Below, piece by piece: positions 62,388 through 64,000 of a stretch of DNA of 64,000 nt. The notes under the pieces are model-generated. The model worked only from the letters and a program-made list of their open reading frames with translations, did not search any database and had not been told where the DNA came from. Every line of letters begins with the position of its first letter. Within the stretch, counting starts at the first letter, position 1. This DNA is from Octopus bimaculoides (lineage: Eukaryota), in NCBI RefSeq assembly GCF_001194135.2, contig NC_068981.1, positions 106,805,009-106,869,008 of the forward strand. Direction: 5' to 3'. The position numbers and the translations under genes were made by a program.

Positions 62388-64000
62388 TTCAATACTGTCA
62401 CTATAAAATAATCCCTTCATCCCTGTGGGATTAATAGGTACCAGATTAATTAAACTTGGCTATGAAAGTTAGAACCAACTGTATTGTTGACATACTAGTT
62501 TAAGGATTCATGATCTTATATCAGAATTGTTGTCAGTTGTCTAATTAAAGATGAAGAAAAAAAAGGAAAAAAAATAGACAGCAGACTAGGAGCTTGTCTT
62601 AAAGATGTGTCTCACTTGTTTAACATTTAGAAATTCTGAGTCTGCATGATTATGAAGTCAATATTATGACTGTGCTTATATGGCTTATTGAGTCATCTGA
62701 TTAAAAACACTTTTTTTCGACACTGATTAATGTAATTAATCTCACTTTATTTATCTCTATCAAAGCCACAATTCATAGATAAGTTCTTAAACTTTCTGCT
62801 TTATAATAGCATTGAAAGATCCTATCATTTATTTAGTAAAGTTACCTGAAATCTATTATAAATGTCAAGGTAAAAACAAGTGAATTCAAATCAAATTAGA
62901 AAATCAGGTAGGTGTCACTTGACTCCTTTTCTCTCATCTGTTTCCAGTGACTATCTTCTTTGATGTCAAAATTATTAAAACATTTTTTAACACTTAGGTT
63001 TTTATTTTTATTTGAATTTGTGCTTGTTATCTTCATTGGATTTGTCAAATCTCCCACCTTTGGTGGACTTTCCAGCATTCATTTCAACATTCACTTACAG
63101 TTGCAAAACAGTACTAGTTAACAAAATAATGTTTTGTCCTTGTAGATGAAGCTAGCTTTTTATTAAAATATACTTTGGGCGCCAATTCTAACTTCCTTAC
63201 TTTTTAAATATGATAGGTTTTTTTTTTTGGTTTTTTTTTTTTCAATTTCATCTAAGATATATTAAATAGCGTTTTATACAAAACATACTGCTTGATTCCA
63301 AAATTGATTTATTTGTAGAACTGAAACTCACAGTGTACACTTGATTAACTTGTGCATAATTAATTTTAGCTGTATAGATACACATGTAATTGAAGAATAT
63401 GCATTACTGCAAGTTAATTTAGTGTTGTGAGCATCATTTTCTCTTATAAACCTGTTTTGGGTCATTACGATATAGTATCCAACATTAGCCATCATATGCT
63501 AGCTTTAAAATTCTTGGTCTCATGGTTCCATTGCATAGAATTTTGATTGAATCAATCTAGTTTTTTGAATGTAGTAAGTGTATTTTTAACAACATTCAAC
63601 TGAAAGTTCTCAACTCCACCACTATATACAGATGATTTATTGTTTTCTAGAAATTTTTCGGTAACTATTCCAGTTTATTAGGAGTTTCTTCTAATTCAGT
63701 TTTTTAAAAAACTCTTTGGTTTGCAGTTCAGCAAAAATTTCTCTGTTTAAGTATGTTGACAATTTCTTTAGAAAAATAACTGAAATCTTTTGAATTGGCT
63801 TTATTAATATGGAAATGTGGTAGAAATGTCTCATTATGGTTAACCTTCACATTAGTATCTTTGAGATCTTCATAGTTCTCACTGATGTTCTATAATCCAA
63901 ATGGTAGTGAATTGAATTGAGCAGAATATTATCATGGCTCATTTTGGTAGACATTGTAGAAATGTTTCCAAAGTGAAAAGTCACCAATCAGATGCTACCT

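Overview
AT-rich eukaryotic (metazoan) genomic DNA with five assembly gaps. There are no prokaryotic features, CRISPR arrays or rRNA/tRNA genes. The interspersed-repeat repertoire (tRNA-headed SINEs, TTAA-flanked CCCTTT MITEs, dense microsatellites) looks like a coleoid cephalopod, probably Octopus; this is inference from recalled repeat consensus, not a database result. The window is mostly a transposon graveyard: a nearly full-length decayed R4/Dong-clade non-LTR retrotransposon anchored in a (TAA)n microsatellite (about 1966-6200, minus) with two nested MITEs, CR1-type LINE fragments, a complete DD37D (maT) mariner-like element, a 5'-truncated Tc1, an internally deleted piggyBac with several related MITEs, and at least four SINE families. 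Three different non-autonomous DNA elements share (G/A)GATCT termini and exact 8-bp target-site duplications; I read these as a Merlin-like or MULE-like group. A hammerhead-like core sits in a Penelope-type terminal fragment. Several short plus-strand segments with canonical splice sites and mutually compatible phases suggest that the window lies inside a long-intron host gene. I could not identify that gene and give it low to moderate confidence. Most ORFs in the supplied track are spurious (repeat-, microsatellite- or gap-derived).
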